Source: Syntrophales bacterium (GTDB lineage: Bacteria; Desulfobacterota; Syntrophia; Syntrophales; UBA2210). From it: a stretch of 64,000 bases of DNA. Location: contig JALNXD010000001.1 in the NCBI GenBank assembly GCA_023230565.1, positions 1,075-65,074 on the forward strand, given 5' to 3'. Of the stretch, positions 1 to 11,087 are shown piece by piece; positions within the stretch are counted from its first letter, which is position 1; each line of letters opens with the position of its first letter. A program made the translations under genes and the position numbers. Under the pieces are notes generated by a model, which was given only the letters and a program-made list of their open reading frames with translations, did no database searches and was not told the DNA's origin.

Positions 1-623
1 ATTCTCATGTGCCCCTTTCTGTCAAGTTTCTTTTCCCGCCATCTAACCGAAGCCATAGCTCTGAATGCCTCATAAGCCGACTCGGTCAGTTGCCGCCTTT
101 TTAAATCTTCATCCAGTTTCCTGTAAAGAGGAATCAGAAATATGACATCCTGAGCTGCATAGCGCATCTGTTCTCTTGATAAGGGACGAATATCCCACCG
201 GGAACGCTGCAGATTTCTATCCTTTTTCAATTCAACCCCGAGATAATCTTTCAAAATGGAAGGCAATGACAAAAGCGGACTGCCCAAAAGAGCGGCAGCT
301 CTATGGGTGTCGAAAATATTTGAAAACTCAAATGAATAATCCCTGCTTAAGAGGCGGATATCGTTATCACAGGCATGGAGTATCTTTCTGGTATTCCTGT
401 CGGCAAACTTTGATCCCAGAAAAGATAAATCCAAATCACCTAATGGATCGAAAAGATAGGCAGCAGAATCGGTACTCACCTGGATAAGACAAAGCACTTC
501 TCTGAAGTACCGGAAAGAATCGTATTCGGTGTCGACACCGATTTCAACCGCCTCATTGATGTATTTTTTCGCATTTTCCCACTGCCCCACTGTTTCCACG
601 AGAATAATATCAGGTTGATCCAT
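1..623 (-). CDS. rnd: Ribonuclease D-like 3'-5' exonuclease (DEDDy family); C-terminal part cut by the window edge
   Basis: Absent from the ORF track because it runs off the left edge. My own minus-strand translation from the ATG at 621-623 is stop-free to position 1: MDQPDIILVETVGQWENAKKYINEAVEIGVDTEYDSFRYF... It carries Exo I (VDTEYDS), Exo II (HACDNDIRLL) and Exo III (YAAQDV) motifs. The start overlaps the stop of the upstream symporter gene by 14 nt. Confidence 0.75.
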   Translation of the reverse strand, partial: MDQPDIILVETVGQWENAKKYINEAVEIGVDTEYDSFRYFREVLCLIQVSTDSAAYLFDPLGDLDLSFLGSKFADRNTRKILHACDNDIRLLSRDYSFEFSNIFDTHRAAALLGSPLLSLPSILKDYLGVELKKDRNLQRSRWDIRPLSREQMRYAAQDVIFLIPLYRKLDEDLKRRQLTESAYEAFRAMASVRWREKKLDRKGHMR

Positions 624-2007
624 TTCGCTTCCTCATGAAAGTGATCATCGCCGGTTTCCAGTAACTGCCTGCAAAAAGAAGGACAGCTGAAATCGGGAGC
701 GTCCACAACAGAAGATTGTCAAATCCTTTTAATTTGAAAAAGAGACCTGCCGCACCGCCTCCAATTATTGAAAAAATAGCGCCGGTTTCCGTAAGACGCA
801 ATGATTTGCGATAAAATCCCAATACGATTGGAATGACAAGCCCAGCTGAATATATTGTGTATGCGAGAAGAAGTGAGGCAATGATTCCCTTCACTGCAAG
901 CGCGATATAAAGTGAAAAAAGACCTATTACCACGACTCCCGCTCTTGAGAGTAAAAGTACTTTTTTTTCATTGTGCCGATACCGGTCAATCGAACCGAGA
1001 ATATCAGACGCAATTATTGTGCCTGCCGTAAGAAGACACGTATCTGCGGACGACATTACAGCAGCAATAAGCGCCGCCATGACAAGCCCATTAATCCCTG
1101 CAGGCGCCAGTTTCATTACCAGTGCCGGGAAAGCGCTCTCGGCCTGAATACCGGGAAGAAGCACATGAGCCGCTAATCCTATAAAAATTACCGCAAAGGC
1201 AACCACTGAAAGAATGAAAGCTGAAATTAAAAGCGAGATTCTTGCTGTGCCGGAATCTTTTGATGAAAGAATTCTGGAGTAGATATCAGGTCCGACAAGA
1301 TAGGCAGCCCCTACAAAAAAAAGAAACGAAAGAAGATGTTTCCAGCTGAATTGTGCTGATGTAGGAAAGGAAAGGTGAGATTCCGGAAGATTCTGCCAAA
1401 TAGACCCGCCGGCCGATGATAATCCCATAGCAAGGCAAATAAAAATACCTGCCACAATGATAATTGCCTGGATCGCATCAGTTCTTAAAATCGAATATTG
1501 ACCCCCCAGAACCGTATAAACGATGAAGATTGCTGCAGCCACGACTGTGAGCATTTCAAACTGGCCCGGCCAGAGTTCGTTCAATATTTTGCCTGCTGCA
1601 ACCATCTGTGCTGCAATAATTCCAACCCATGCAGTCACAATTAAAATCGAGGCCGCAATTCTTGCAGAATTTCCTCCATACTGTCTCTTTAAAATCTCAG
1701 GCAAAGTAAAAGCTCCCGTTCGCCTTACTTTTTCCGTAAGAAAAAACGCACAGGCTGCCATTCCTATTGCACCAACCAGAAGCCACCATGAACCAACCAC
1801 TCCTTTTGAATAGCCTAATCCTGCCAGACCGATAGTGCTTGACCCTCCCAGAGCAGTTGCCGTAAGAGACCCCGTGATGATTAGAATTCCCCCTTTTCTG
1901 TCGGCAACAAAATAGCTTTCCTGTCCTCTTATTTTTTTTACGCTATAGATGCCAAGAATAATCATGACAATAAAGAATACTCCTATAACAGCAACATTGA
2001 TATTCAT
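610..2007 (-). CDS. Sodium:solute symporter family (SSF) transporter
   Basis: 465-aa polytopic membrane protein. The N-terminus (GIYSVKKIRGQESYFVADRKGG) and overall hydrophobic pattern are typical of the PutP/PanF-type SSF family. Substrate not assignable. Confidence 0.8.
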   Translation of the reverse strand: MNINVAVIGVFFIVMIILGIYSVKKIRGQESYFVADRKGGILIITGSLTATALGGSSTIGLAGLGYSKGVVGSWWLLVGAIGMAACAFFLTEKVRRTGAFTLPEILKRQYGGNSARIAASILIVTAWVGIIAAQMVAAGKILNELWPGQFEMLTVVAAAIFIVYTVLGGQYSILRTDAIQAIIIVAGIFICLAMGLSSAGGSIWQNLPESHLSFPTSAQFSWKHLLSFLFFVGAAYLVGPDIYSRILSSKDSGTARISLLISAFILSVVAFAVIFIGLAAHVLLPGIQAESAFPALVMKLAPAGINGLVMAALIAAVMSSADTCLLTAGTIIASDILGSIDRYRHNEKKVLLLSRAGVVVIGLFSLYIALAVKGIIASLLLAYTIYSAGLVIPIVLGFYRKSLRLTETGAIFSIIGGGAAGLFFKLKGFDNLLLWTLPISAVLLFAGSYWKPAMITFMRKRNGST

Positions 2008-2109
2008 AATGATTAATTCTCTTTCTGATTTGTATCGGATAAGAGGTATATCTTCAAACTCCAGATCTCCGGCAACGCAGTTCCATTGCGCATCTTTTAT
2101 TCACGTAGA

Positions 2110-3282
2110 TTAAGTTCGTCTCGCATATGCCGGTCCATGAGCCTGTATTTTAAGAAGATAATAGCTGAGCAAGGTTTTTGGAATCCGGGGCAGCAGCCAA
2201 AATAAAAAATCAGGATATTGCCCTTTCATGGCAGGAATGTCAAGAAAGCGGTGTGCGATAGAATCATTTGCCGCTGCAAGATCAAAGAAAAAAGATGGAA
2301 ATCGCAGGACTGTTTCCTTCATTATGCGGGCATATCCAAAGTTTCGGGTGAAGTTACGGCATGCGGCGGTGTACAGATCTTGTCGCAGTGTTCCCTCTTT
2401 CTGAACTGCGTCAGCTATTGTATCAGCCGCAATTTTTCCTGATATGACAGCATAAGAAATTCCTTCTCCCAGGAAAGGATCTATATATCCTGCCGCATCA
2501 CCTGCTGAAAGAATTCGGGAACCGCGATTCTCCCTTGGTTCTTTCAAAGGTATAATCTGTCCTCTCATTTTCGGTATTTTTTCAAAACCGAGTTTTTTAA
2601 CAAAATCTCTCATCACGGCCTTCGGATCTTTAAAAGATTCTTCCGCACCCCAAATACCCACTGAATAATAATTATCATGGGGGAAAAACCATCCATATCC
2701 TTGACAAAAATCAAGATATATTTCGAATACTCCTGAAAGACGATCGTCGATGTCATGATTTTCTGCCTCTATTTCAGCCACGAGCGAAAGAGCGCATTTG
2801 TATTTTTTTTTCATACCCGAACTATGCCGCATTACCTGTCCACGAGCCCCTTCTGCAATGATGGCATACCGGCTGAAATACGAACCCCGATCAGTTACGA
2901 TTTTCAAATGATTGCCATTATCCCTGATGTTCAAGACTTTTTCGCAGGTATTAATCGTTGCGCCCTGAGCCGCTGCTCTGTTAAGAAGCAAGTCGTCAAA
3001 GGCACTCCGGGTCACCGTTATACCTATTATGGATTGTGATCTTTTTTCAACTTTTTTCCCTTTTGCGCATAATCTTAATCCGTATATGTCTTTCTCCTTT
3101 ATACGTTCAGGAATTTCAAAATCGAGATATTTCAGTGCTCGACGTGTAAGACCTCCTGCACAGGGCTTATATCTGGGAAAACTTTTTTTTTCTATAACAA
3201 GTGTTTTCAATCCCCTCTCAGCCGCTTTGAAACCAGCCGACGAACCACAGGGGCCTCCGCCTGCAATAATTAAATCGTACAT
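2110..3282 (-). CDS. FAD-dependent oxidoreductase, geranylgeranyl-reductase family
   Basis: Dinucleotide-binding fingerprint at the N-terminus (MYDLIIAGGGPCGSSAG...ERGLKTLVIEKK) and a GD motif (SAGDAAGYIDPFLGEGI). Start trimmed from 3324 to the Met directly preceding the GxGxxG motif. Confidence 0.65.
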   Translation of the reverse strand: MYDLIIAGGGPCGSSAGFKAAERGLKTLVIEKKSFPRYKPCAGGLTRRALKYLDFEIPERIKEKDIYGLRLCAKGKKVEKRSQSIIGITVTRSAFDDLLLNRAAAQGATINTCEKVLNIRDNGNHLKIVTDRGSYFSRYAIIAEGARGQVMRHSSGMKKKYKCALSLVAEIEAENHDIDDRLSGVFEIYLDFCQGYGWFFPHDNYYSVGIWGAEESFKDPKAVMRDFVKKLGFEKIPKMRGQIIPLKEPRENRGSRILSAGDAAGYIDPFLGEGISYAVISGKIAADTIADAVQKEGTLRQDLYTAACRNFTRNFGYARIMKETVLRFPSFFFDLAAANDSIAHRFLDIPAMKGQYPDFLFWLLPRIPKTLLSYYLLKIQAHGPAYARRT

Positions 3283-3718
3283 GGCAGATGATCCTCGCTT
3301 AAAAGATAAGATTTCTAGATACAAGGGTTTTCGGGAACCGTCAATAAAATAGTCCGATTACCAAAAAAACAGAAAGAATAAATATTTTAAGACATAGCCG
3401 GGACGAACGCTTTGCATTGACGGCGGCATGGTACAAGAAAAACAGCTGATTCCCGGTCACAATCTCTTGCCTGTAAATAAAAAAACACGTATGCGAAAGC
3501 TTCCCTTGCTTCCCGTTATAGCCAGCTCGGCAGACATAAAAAGCTGTTTTACGGGATCATCAATACTGTTATGACTGAAAGTACGTCCACACACGAAAAT
3601 CGAATTAAAAACATTGAAAAATTTCGAAAGATATACTAATTTTTTAAATAACTGGATAAGGGAAGAGCGGTAAACGGCACTGTTGAGTTCTCTTAGAACG
3701 CCAGAAAAGGAGGCGCGT

Positions 3719-4450
3719 ATGATGACGAAACCCACTTCAACAACTCGGATAGATCATCTTATCGAAGAGCAAGTACTTAAGTGGCAAAAAGCAAGCGACC
3801 GGAGAAAAAAGAAAAGCGAACCTCCTCCGCCCGTCATTACCATCTCACGGCAATCAGGAAACGAATCCGCAGCTTTGATAAGCAAAATTTCTGAAGAATT
3901 GAAACTTGACATATTCGACAACCAGATAATTCACGAAGTTTCCCAAAGCGTAAAAATGAGCGACAGAGTTGTGGAATCTTTGGATGGAAAAACGAGAAGT
4001 ACCCTGGATAACTGGATTCAGTTTTTAAAAGCCAACCGCTATATATTTCCGGATACATACCTTACCCACTTGACCAAGGTCATTGGAACCATCGGCGAAC
4101 AGGGGGGCGCCATAATCCTGGGAAGAGGTGCAAATCACATTCTTCCGCCTGAAGAAACGCTAAGACTCCGGTTAATAGCACCGCTGGGACATCGTATTCA
4201 GAATGTAGCCAAGAATGAAAGCATTTCTATTGAAGCGGCAGAAAGGCAGATAACAAAAAAAGAATCGGAGCAGCGCGCTTTCATAAAAAAATATTTTGAA
4301 GTCGATATTGACGATCCTATTTACTATGATCTAATTATAAATACTCAATTCTTAAGTTCTGAAAAGATAGTAAATCTGATCAAGGCATCGGTGAAATACA
4401 AAAAACTTCCCGCGCGACGCCGCTTTGATAAAAAACCGGAAGGCGAATGA
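3719..4450 (+). CDS. Cytidylate-kinase-like family protein (uncharacterised AAA/NMP-kinase-like)
   Basis: The segment PVITISRQSGNESAALISKISEELKLDIFDNQII resembles the cytidylate kinase-like family. Start placed at the ATG at 3719, which follows a strong RBS (AAGGAGG, 3706-3712) rather than the upstream TTG at 3683. Confidence 0.55.
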   Translation: MMTKPTSTTRIDHLIEEQVLKWQKASDRRKKKSEPPPPVITISRQSGNESAALISKISEELKLDIFDNQIIHEVSQSVKMSDRVVESLDGKTRSTLDNWIQFLKANRYIFPDTYLTHLTKVIGTIGEQGGAIILGRGANHILPPEETLRLRLIAPLGHRIQNVAKNESISIEAAERQITKKESEQRAFIKKYFEVDIDDPIYYDLIINTQFLSSEKIVNLIKASVKYKKLPARRRFDKKPEGE

Positions 4451-4586
4451 GCTGAAAGAGGATCTCGCAGAGATGCCTGTGGAGAAACGGGCTGAATCAC
4501 ATACACGCCCATGACTTTTGCTTTGCAAACCCGTTGCACTGCTTTTATTCCTGAAACCTGCTTGGGAACCCCGAGGAGGGTGTGGC

Positions 4587-5423
4587 ATGAAAACTATTCT
4601 GGTTCCTACTGACGGTTCCGAATATAGTAAAACCGCCCTTGAATATGGAATATATCTGGCATCACTCTTTGGCGCCACGTTGAAAGGACTTTGTATAGTA
4701 GATGCCAAGGTAATACAGGGCCCGTTGTTCAGCGATATATCCGGATTTGCCGGCCTTACCCCTTCACAGGATTTCCTCTGGTCCATAGAAAAAGGACTCG
4801 ACGAAAGGGCTTCCTCCATTCTCGAAGATTTCTCTCATCGCTGCTATCAGCGAAATGTCTCCTCATTGACGACAAAGACCACGGGACTTATTGATGAAAC
4901 CATTATTGAAGAGAGCAAGGATGCAGACTTTATAATTCTTGCACAAAGAGGAGAACATTTTAAACTTACAGGGGGAGGGCTCATGGGCTCAACAGCGGAA
5001 TCTGTAGTGAGAAAATCAGGAAAGCCCGTCTTCATCACTCCCTATAGTTTTCAACAAATAAATGGAGTCGGCCTTGCCTATGACGGAAGCGATCCCGCCT
5101 TCAATGCGTTAAAACTCTCAGCAGATATTCTCCCAATCACAGGGTGGGCATTAACGGTGATAATAATTTCAGAAGACATGGATCATAGCCGATATCTTTC
5201 GGAACAGGTGAATTCATATCTAAAAATGCATAAGATCGAAAGCATTATCGTTGTCCGCTCAGGCAAGGAAGAACAGGAGTTAATCCGTTTTATAGAAGAA
5301 GGTTCTATTCAGCTTCTTATAATGGGCGCCTACGGGAAAAGCAGGATTAAAGAATTCATTCTTGGCAGCACAACAGCCTCAGTCATAAGGAAGAGTGCAG
5401 TACCGGTTCTTATGGTGAAATGA
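4587..5423 (+). CDS. Universal stress protein, tandem UspA domains
   Basis: Two Usp repeats (MKTILVPTDGSEYSKTAL... and a second half ending GSTTASVIRKSAVPVLMV). ATG at 4587 is preceded by the RBS GAGGAGGG. Confidence 0.8.
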   Translation: MKTILVPTDGSEYSKTALEYGIYLASLFGATLKGLCIVDAKVIQGPLFSDISGFAGLTPSQDFLWSIEKGLDERASSILEDFSHRCYQRNVSSLTTKTTGLIDETIIEESKDADFIILAQRGEHFKLTGGGLMGSTAESVVRKSGKPVFITPYSFQQINGVGLAYDGSDPAFNALKLSADILPITGWALTVIIISEDMDHSRYLSEQVNSYLKMHKIESIIVVRSGKEEQELIRFIEEGSIQLLIMGAYGKSRIKEFILGSTTASVIRKSAVPVLMVK

Positions 5424-5462
5424 AATGACGGTTTCGTAAAAAGCTCCGCATCGGCTGAAACA

Positions 5463-6233
5463 TTATAAAACAAAGTCTTTTAAAGAATGCCTTACTTCCC
5501 CTATGGCAGTATGACACGTAAGGTCATGCTGAATCGGTGTAATTGATATATACCCTTTGCTGAGTGCCCATGCATCAGATTCCATGCTTTCTTTCTCCGG
5601 GAAGAGAGTTTCTCCTGCAAGCCAATAATAGGTATTTGACCTGGGATCAAGTCTTTTTTCAAAGACTTCCACCAGTCGCGCAGCGCCCTGTTTGGTTACG
5701 GCAATTCCTTTAATCCCGTTCTCAGGGAGAGATGGAATATTCACATTTAGCGTCAAACCGGCAAATGCTTTTTTTTCTATCAAATACGTTACAAGGCGAG
5801 AGGAAAAACGGGCGGCATAGGAAAAATCCGATTGACCCCTCCGGGTATCCAGAGAAATAGCCATTGAAGGAACACCCAGAATGGCGCCTTCGGTGGCCGC
5901 CGATACTGTTCCAGAATAAAGCATGTTGAATCCTACATTTGCCCCCGCATTGATACCGGATATTATGAGATCCACAGGCCTGTCGGTAAGCTCTTTTATT
6001 CCGATTTTCACACAGTCGGCAGGGGTTCCTGTTACGGCATGCCCCAGAAATGAACCTCCTTTCCTTGCACTTCTGACCCGTAAAGGACGATAGAGTGTTA
6101 TGGCATGGCCTACTGCACTTTGCTCAGTCTCAGGCGCCACAATTATGCATTCGGCCACTTTTGACAGCTCGTGAAACAGGGCTGAAAGCCCCTCCGCATA
6201 TATGCCGTCATCATTTGTTAACAAAATCAACAT
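5463..6233 (-). CDS. surE: 5'/3'-nucleotidase SurE
   Basis: Canonical SurE N-terminus MLILLTNDDGIYAEGL, plus GINAGANVG and YSGTVSAATEG motifs. 256 aa. Confidence 0.9.
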   Translation of the reverse strand: MLILLTNDDGIYAEGLSALFHELSKVAECIIVAPETEQSAVGHAITLYRPLRVRSARKGGSFLGHAVTGTPADCVKIGIKELTDRPVDLIISGINAGANVGFNMLYSGTVSAATEGAILGVPSMAISLDTRRGQSDFSYAARFSSRLVTYLIEKKAFAGLTLNVNIPSLPENGIKGIAVTKQGAARLVEVFEKRLDPRSNTYYWLAGETLFPEKESMESDAWALSKGYISITPIQHDLTCHTAIGEVRHSLKDFVL

Positions 6234-6323
6234 TTACAATCCTCTATTTTTTAAGAACCATCTCTGAACCCGGTTTTTAAAACACTTTGCGAGTCCATCG
6301 ATTCTGAAATCCGTAATCAGTAA

Positions 6324-8234
6324 TTACCTGATTTGAATGATTTCACCATCTAAAATTGTAAGTATGTAAAGCTCTTTTTCAGCATCACCGGTTTCGGAAA
6401 AATCGGTAATTCCCGTAACTCCTCTGTAGTTTCTCAGTTCCAGAAGTCGATCGCGCATTTCTCTTCGCGTATTCGCATTTCCCTCATTGATAATATCAGC
6501 GACAATGCGTGCCGCATCATACGAAAGCGCTTCAATTCCATCAGGTACCCTTCCATATGCCGTATAAAATCGATCCATAAAATCGATCACCTCATGATAA
6601 TAACTTTTCTGGAAAAATACATCAGTAAAAACAGCGCCTTCCAAATACTCGCTTTCGCCATCTAAAAGATCCTGAGTGTTCCAGCTGCTCATCCCAAGCA
6701 ATCGTATTCCTTCAACATTGTAAAAGGCAAGTTGCGGTGCAATCATTTGGGCCTTGATTGCAGAACCGACGATAAAAAGGGCATCGAAATCAACGATCGG
6801 TATTGAATCTTTTTCTTTTGCCTTTTTTGTGATATCGACGCTCGTAAGGCGTTTGATCTCTTCCCCGAAATCCGTTGTATTCTCATCATAAGCTTCAGCA
6901 GCTCTGATTTCGCCTCCCCGCTTCACCACTTCATCCCAGAACAGGTTCATGATCTCCGATCCATAGGATGTATCAGGATACAAGACGGCAAAATGCCTTA
7001 CTCCCAAATTGTAAAGAGCATAGCTGACCAGATTTTGAATTTCTTTACGGCTGGTCAGAAAATTTCGAAAAACATACTCACCAATCGTCGTGATAGTATC
7101 GTGCTGTGTGAGGGTTATGATGGGAACCTTCAGTTCATGGGCTTTATGAGCAGCCGATATTGCCGCGGTGCTTCCCAGAGGGCCCATAATGGCAATTACC
7201 CGGTCTTGCGTTGCAAGCAATTCCACTGCACGCGCTGCTTCCGAAGGATCACTTTTTGAATCCCTTACAACAAGCCTGACTGGATGTTCACTTACTGAGT
7301 CAAATATCCCCATTGCCAATTTTAATGCATCCAGCACTTTTGAACCGTAAGGCGCATACCGCCCGGAAAGCGGAACAATGCAGCCTATTGAAAATTTATC
7401 TATATCCCGTTGTTCCTCTTCGGCTATTATCATCCGGTAGAGAGACTCTGCCGTATCATATCCAGGATGCTCCTGGTGGACAGCAAAAAAATCCGCCAAG
7501 GCCATCTTTGCCTTTTCGAACTCTTCTATTTCCGCATAAAGAGCGCTTAATCTGATGAGAATAAATCCCCCCGGATACGCATGTTCGCATTCTTTCCTTA
7601 TATTCTCCAAATCTTCAAGTGTGAGAGTTTCTATTATCTCTTCTATTTGTTCTTTCGCACGGGTTAAAAGAGAAGCCGGGGGATTCTCATCAAGAACATC
7701 GGTGTATGAAATAAGGGCCTCCTGCAATCTGTTCTCCCGGCGATAGTTATCACCCAACATATATTCAATCTCAGGCTTTCTGTGTGTAATTGTTTCCTTC
7801 TCTTTCAGGGCCAACAATATTTCGATCGATTTACTGTATGATCCCAGTTGCATATAAGAGAAGCCTTGCCAATAGAGACCCTCCAAATAAATGGAATCAT
7901 TTGGGGCTGGCTGAGGGATGGTGCCGAGCACCTCAAGTGCTTCGCCATACTGCCCGGTCGTGGCAAAGATCTGACCTTTTCTTAAACAAATCCAGGAAAG
8001 GACTTTCCCTCGGGGATCTTTAGTAAGCGCAATATCGAAAAGACGCAAAGACTCGCTGAATCGTTCGTTTTTAAACGCATTTTCCGCTTTTTGAATATAA
8101 GGTCGGATTTCAAGCGGAATTTCTTCCGGTGCGAGCGTCGGCTCTAGCACCGGGGGTTTTTCAATTACAGTCGCACAGGAAAATAAAAGCATTACAAGTG
8201 CTGCAACAATAGCCATTTCCTTATTCAGCCTCAA
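6324..8234 (-). CDS. Lipoprotein with N-terminal TPR region and C-terminal type-I periplasmic binding fold (LpoA/LppC-like penicillin-binding-protein activator family)
   Basis: Lipobox LLFSC after a signal peptide. TPR-like helical repeats occupy the first ~250 aa. They are followed by a Leu/Ile/Val-binding-protein-like domain (IGCIVPLSGRYAPYGSKVLDALKLA...). 636 aa. Confidence 0.5.
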   Translation of the reverse strand: MRLNKEMAIVAALVMLLFSCATVIEKPPVLEPTLAPEEIPLEIRPYIQKAENAFKNERFSESLRLFDIALTKDPRGKVLSWICLRKGQIFATTGQYGEALEVLGTIPQPAPNDSIYLEGLYWQGFSYMQLGSYSKSIEILLALKEKETITHRKPEIEYMLGDNYRRENRLQEALISYTDVLDENPPASLLTRAKEQIEEIIETLTLEDLENIRKECEHAYPGGFILIRLSALYAEIEEFEKAKMALADFFAVHQEHPGYDTAESLYRMIIAEEEQRDIDKFSIGCIVPLSGRYAPYGSKVLDALKLAMGIFDSVSEHPVRLVVRDSKSDPSEAARAVELLATQDRVIAIMGPLGSTAAISAAHKAHELKVPIITLTQHDTITTIGEYVFRNFLTSRKEIQNLVSYALYNLGVRHFAVLYPDTSYGSEIMNLFWDEVVKRGGEIRAAEAYDENTTDFGEEIKRLTSVDITKKAKEKDSIPIVDFDALFIVGSAIKAQMIAPQLAFYNVEGIRLLGMSSWNTQDLLDGESEYLEGAVFTDVFFQKSYYHEVIDFMDRFYTAYGRVPDGIEALSYDAARIVADIINEGNANTRREMRDRLLELRNYRGVTGITDFSETGDAEKELYILTILDGEIIQIR

Positions 8235-8252
8235 GGTTATCGTACCTCCGAA

Positions 8253-8828
8253 TTACCTGCAAAGTGAATTGATATATTGAACTGCTTCAACGGCTGCATC
8301 GGGCGAATCAATTACAAGAGATACTTCATTATTATATTTAAGCGCTGAATTCGTCATATTGTGACTCCCCACAAAAGTGAGTCTTTTATCAATCACTACT
8401 AATTTCACGTGCGTTGTCACTGAAGGAGAGTCAAATCGAACATCTATTCCTTTTTTTCTTAACCTGTGGGCAGTCATTCTATTCAGCGAATCGAGCGAAG
8501 TGTCTTCCCTTTTCGTCCGTTCCAGAACTACCGTTACTTTCACACCCCGTTTTACTGCCGAAGCAAGCCCCTCAATGAATCTGTCAGGGTAATTTCCCTT
8601 GTATCCATTTGTTTTAAAAATATAGAAAGCCATCACTATTTCTCTATGAGCATCTGCAACAGCTTTCATCATTTCCGTGAAGTATTCGTCATCTGCGAGA
8701 ATCCGCACCGAGCATTTATGACCGCTGCGTATTACATCCGGCTCTGCGTGCGTCTGATTGGCAGGAGTCAAACTGAAAGCAACAAGCACATATATCCAAA
8801 GACATATCTTTATTGACCGATGAATCAT
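8253..8828 (-). CDS. Secreted phospholipase D-like protein with a single HKD motif (Nuc-type nuclease/PLD family)
   Basis: N-terminal signal peptide (ICLWIYVLVAFSLTPANQTHA) and one HxK(x)4D(x)6GSxN motif (HVKLVVIDKRLTFVGSHNMTNSAL). 191 aa, the size of Nuc-like dimeric enzymes. Confidence 0.7.
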   Translation of the reverse strand: MIHRSIKICLWIYVLVAFSLTPANQTHAEPDVIRSGHKCSVRILADDEYFTEMMKAVADAHREIVMAFYIFKTNGYKGNYPDRFIEGLASAVKRGVKVTVVLERTKREDTSLDSLNRMTAHRLRKKGIDVRFDSPSVTTHVKLVVIDKRLTFVGSHNMTNSALKYNNEVSLVIDSPDAAVEAVQYINSLCR

Positions 8829-9052
8829 TGTATACTCATAAAAGTGATCGCTCTGTGAGACGACTTCGTAAAAATCTTCTCATACCGTCTGCGCCGGGTC
8901 AAAACACAACTCTGAGCGGAAAAACCCATAGCTGTAAATCGGAAAATCGATGGGCTGCTCTTATATTTTCTGCTCAGAAGCTTACTTGCCGGAGCATGCT
9001 GAACTATATGCATGTGCAGAAATGATACACAAGCACATGCTGAAAGTCGACA

Positions 9053-9088
9053 TAAAAAATGCCCGGTCGTTCATGTGAAAGACCGGGC
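9053..9088 (-). terminator. Rho-independent terminator downstream of dnaK
   Basis: Perfect 8-bp GC-rich stem (GCCCGGTC at 9061-9068 pairs with GACCGGGC at 9081-9088). On the minus strand it is followed by a T-run (plus-strand AAAAAA at 9054-9059). Located 23 nt after the dnaK stop. Confidence 0.6.
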
Positions 9089-9110
9089 AACGCTCAAGCT
9101 GCGGATATTC

Positions 9111-11042
9111 TTATTTCACTTCTTCAAAATCTGCGTCAACTACATCTTCATCTCCTTTGCCTGCTCCCGCCTGTCCCGCACCGGCAGCTGGGCCTGCGCC
9201 CGCTCCTTGATCCGGGCCTTGACCCTCGGTTTTGGAAGATGCTTTTGCATACATTGCCTCAGCCAATTTGTGAGATGCCTGCGTCAGTTCCTCTTGAGCC
9301 GAACTGATGGCAGCGAGATCATCTCCTTCCATCGCTTTTTTCAATGCCGATATCTTACTTTCTATATTGGATTTTTCCCCTGCATCAATCTGTTCTCCCA
9401 TATCTTTGAGATTTTTTTCCACACTATATACTAACGTATCGGCTTGATTCCTGGCCTCGATCAGATCCTTCTTCCTCTTGTCCTCTTCTGCATTCGCCTC
9501 CGCATCTTTTACCAGCTTTTCAATTTCCTCTTCCGTAAGTCCGCTTGAGGAGGTTATTTTTATACTCTGTTCCTTGCCCGTACCGAGATCTTTCGCGGAT
9601 ACATGCACGATTCCGTTTGCATCTATATCAAAGCTGACTTCAATTTGCGGAACCCCTCGAGGCGCGGGTGGTATTCCTGTCAATTCGAATCGGCCAAGTG
9701 TCCTGTTGTCGGCCGCCATGGGGCGTTCACCCTGAAGGACGTGAATACTTACAGCAGGCTGATTATCGGCGGCAGTTGAAAATACCTGGCTTTTTTTCGT
9801 TGGGATTGTTGTATTTTTTTCGATGAGTTTCGTCATGACCCCCCCTAAAGTCTCGATTCCAAGAGAAAGGGGAGTTACATCAAGCAGCAGTACATCTTTC
9901 ACATCACCCGCGAGAACTCCCGCCTGAATGGCGGCGCCTATCGCCACTACTTCATCAGGATTGACTCCTTTATGCGGTTCTTTGCCGAAAATTTCTTTTA
10001 CCTTCTGCTGAACTTTGGGCATTCTGGTCATTCCGCCCACAAGTATGACCTCATTAATGTCCTTTGGGCTAAGTCCTGCATCTTTGAGTGCCTGCTTGCA
10101 CGGTTCTTGAACCCGGTCGACCAGATCCGATACGAGCATTTCTAATTTAGCTCTGGTAATTTTTATATTCAGATGTTTCGGTCCCGATGCATCGGCCGTT
10201 ATGAACGGAAGGTTAATATCCGTTTCCATGGAGCTTGACAACTCCATTTTTGCTTTTTCGGCAGCCTCTTTAATCCTCTGGAGGGCCATTTTATCGTTTC
10301 TCAGATTGATTCCCTGATCTTTTTTAAATTCATCAGCCACATAATCTATCAGCCGCTGATCAAAATCCTCGCCTCCCAAGTGAGTATCGCCATTTGTGGA
10401 TTTTACCTCAAAAACGCCGTCTCCCAATTCAAGTATGGAAATATCGAAAGTTCCGCCGCCTAAATCGAAAACCGCAATTTTTTCGTCTTTCTTTTTATCA
10501 AGACCGTAAGCAAGTGAAGCGGCCGTCGGTTCATTGATGATCCTCAGAACATTCAATCCGGCAATACGGCCCGCGTCTTTTGTTGCCTGTCTCTGCGAAT
10601 CGTTAAAATAGGCAGGCACTGTTATGACTGCATCGGTAACTTTCTCGCCAAGATAATCCTCTGCGGTTTGCTTCATCTTCGTTAGAACCATCGACGATAT
10701 TTCTGCCGGACTGTAATTTTTTCCCTTGATAGTTACCTGTGCATCGCCGTTTGGCGCTTCAGTGATTTTAAAGGGGCTGATCGTAATATCATACTGGACT
10801 TCTTTCGAAGAATACCTCCTTCCGATCATTCTTTTAATGGCGTATACCGTATTTTCCGGATTCGTTATCGCTTGCCTTTTAGCAGTCTGTCCGACTAATC
10901 TTTCTCCGCTGTCAGTGAAGGCGACAACAGAAGGCGTAGTTCTGTTCCCCTCTTGATTTGCTATTACTACAGGATCTCCTCCTTCCATGACGGCAACACA
11001 GGAATTTGTCGTCCCGAGATCAATGCCTATGATTTTTGCCAT
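9111..11042 (-). CDS. dnaK: Molecular chaperone DnaK (Hsp70)
   Basis: [22 protein letters not shown]..., DLGGGTFD and the full-length Hsp70 architecture. 643 aa. Confidence 0.98.
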   Translation of the reverse strand: MAKIIGIDLGTTNSCVAVMEGGDPVVIANQEGNRTTPSVVAFTDSGERLVGQTAKRQAITNPENTVYAIKRMIGRRYSSKEVQYDITISPFKITEAPNGDAQVTIKGKNYSPAEISSMVLTKMKQTAEDYLGEKVTDAVITVPAYFNDSQRQATKDAGRIAGLNVLRIINEPTAASLAYGLDKKKDEKIAVFDLGGGTFDISILELGDGVFEVKSTNGDTHLGGEDFDQRLIDYVADEFKKDQGINLRNDKMALQRIKEAAEKAKMELSSSMETDINLPFITADASGPKHLNIKITRAKLEMLVSDLVDRVQEPCKQALKDAGLSPKDINEVILVGGMTRMPKVQQKVKEIFGKEPHKGVNPDEVVAIGAAIQAGVLAGDVKDVLLLDVTPLSLGIETLGGVMTKLIEKNTTIPTKKSQVFSTAADNQPAVSIHVLQGERPMAADNRTLGRFELTGIPPAPRGVPQIEVSFDIDANGIVHVSAKDLGTGKEQSIKITSSSGLTEEEIEKLVKDAEANAEEDKRKKDLIEARNQADTLVYSVEKNLKDMGEQIDAGEKSNIESKISALKKAMEGDDLAAISSAQEELTQASHKLAEAMYAKASSKTEGQGPDQGAGAGPAAGAGQAGAGKGDEDVVDADFEEVK

Positions 11043-11087
11043 TTCACTAGTCCTCCTTAGTTATATCATAGTTCTCTTTTTCATTAT

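Noticed and set aside
3457-3735. 92-aa minus-strand ORF in the 3283-3718 intergenic region
   Set aside because: It overlaps the RBS and start of the cytidylate-kinase-like gene, is AT-rich, and has no RBS and no motif.
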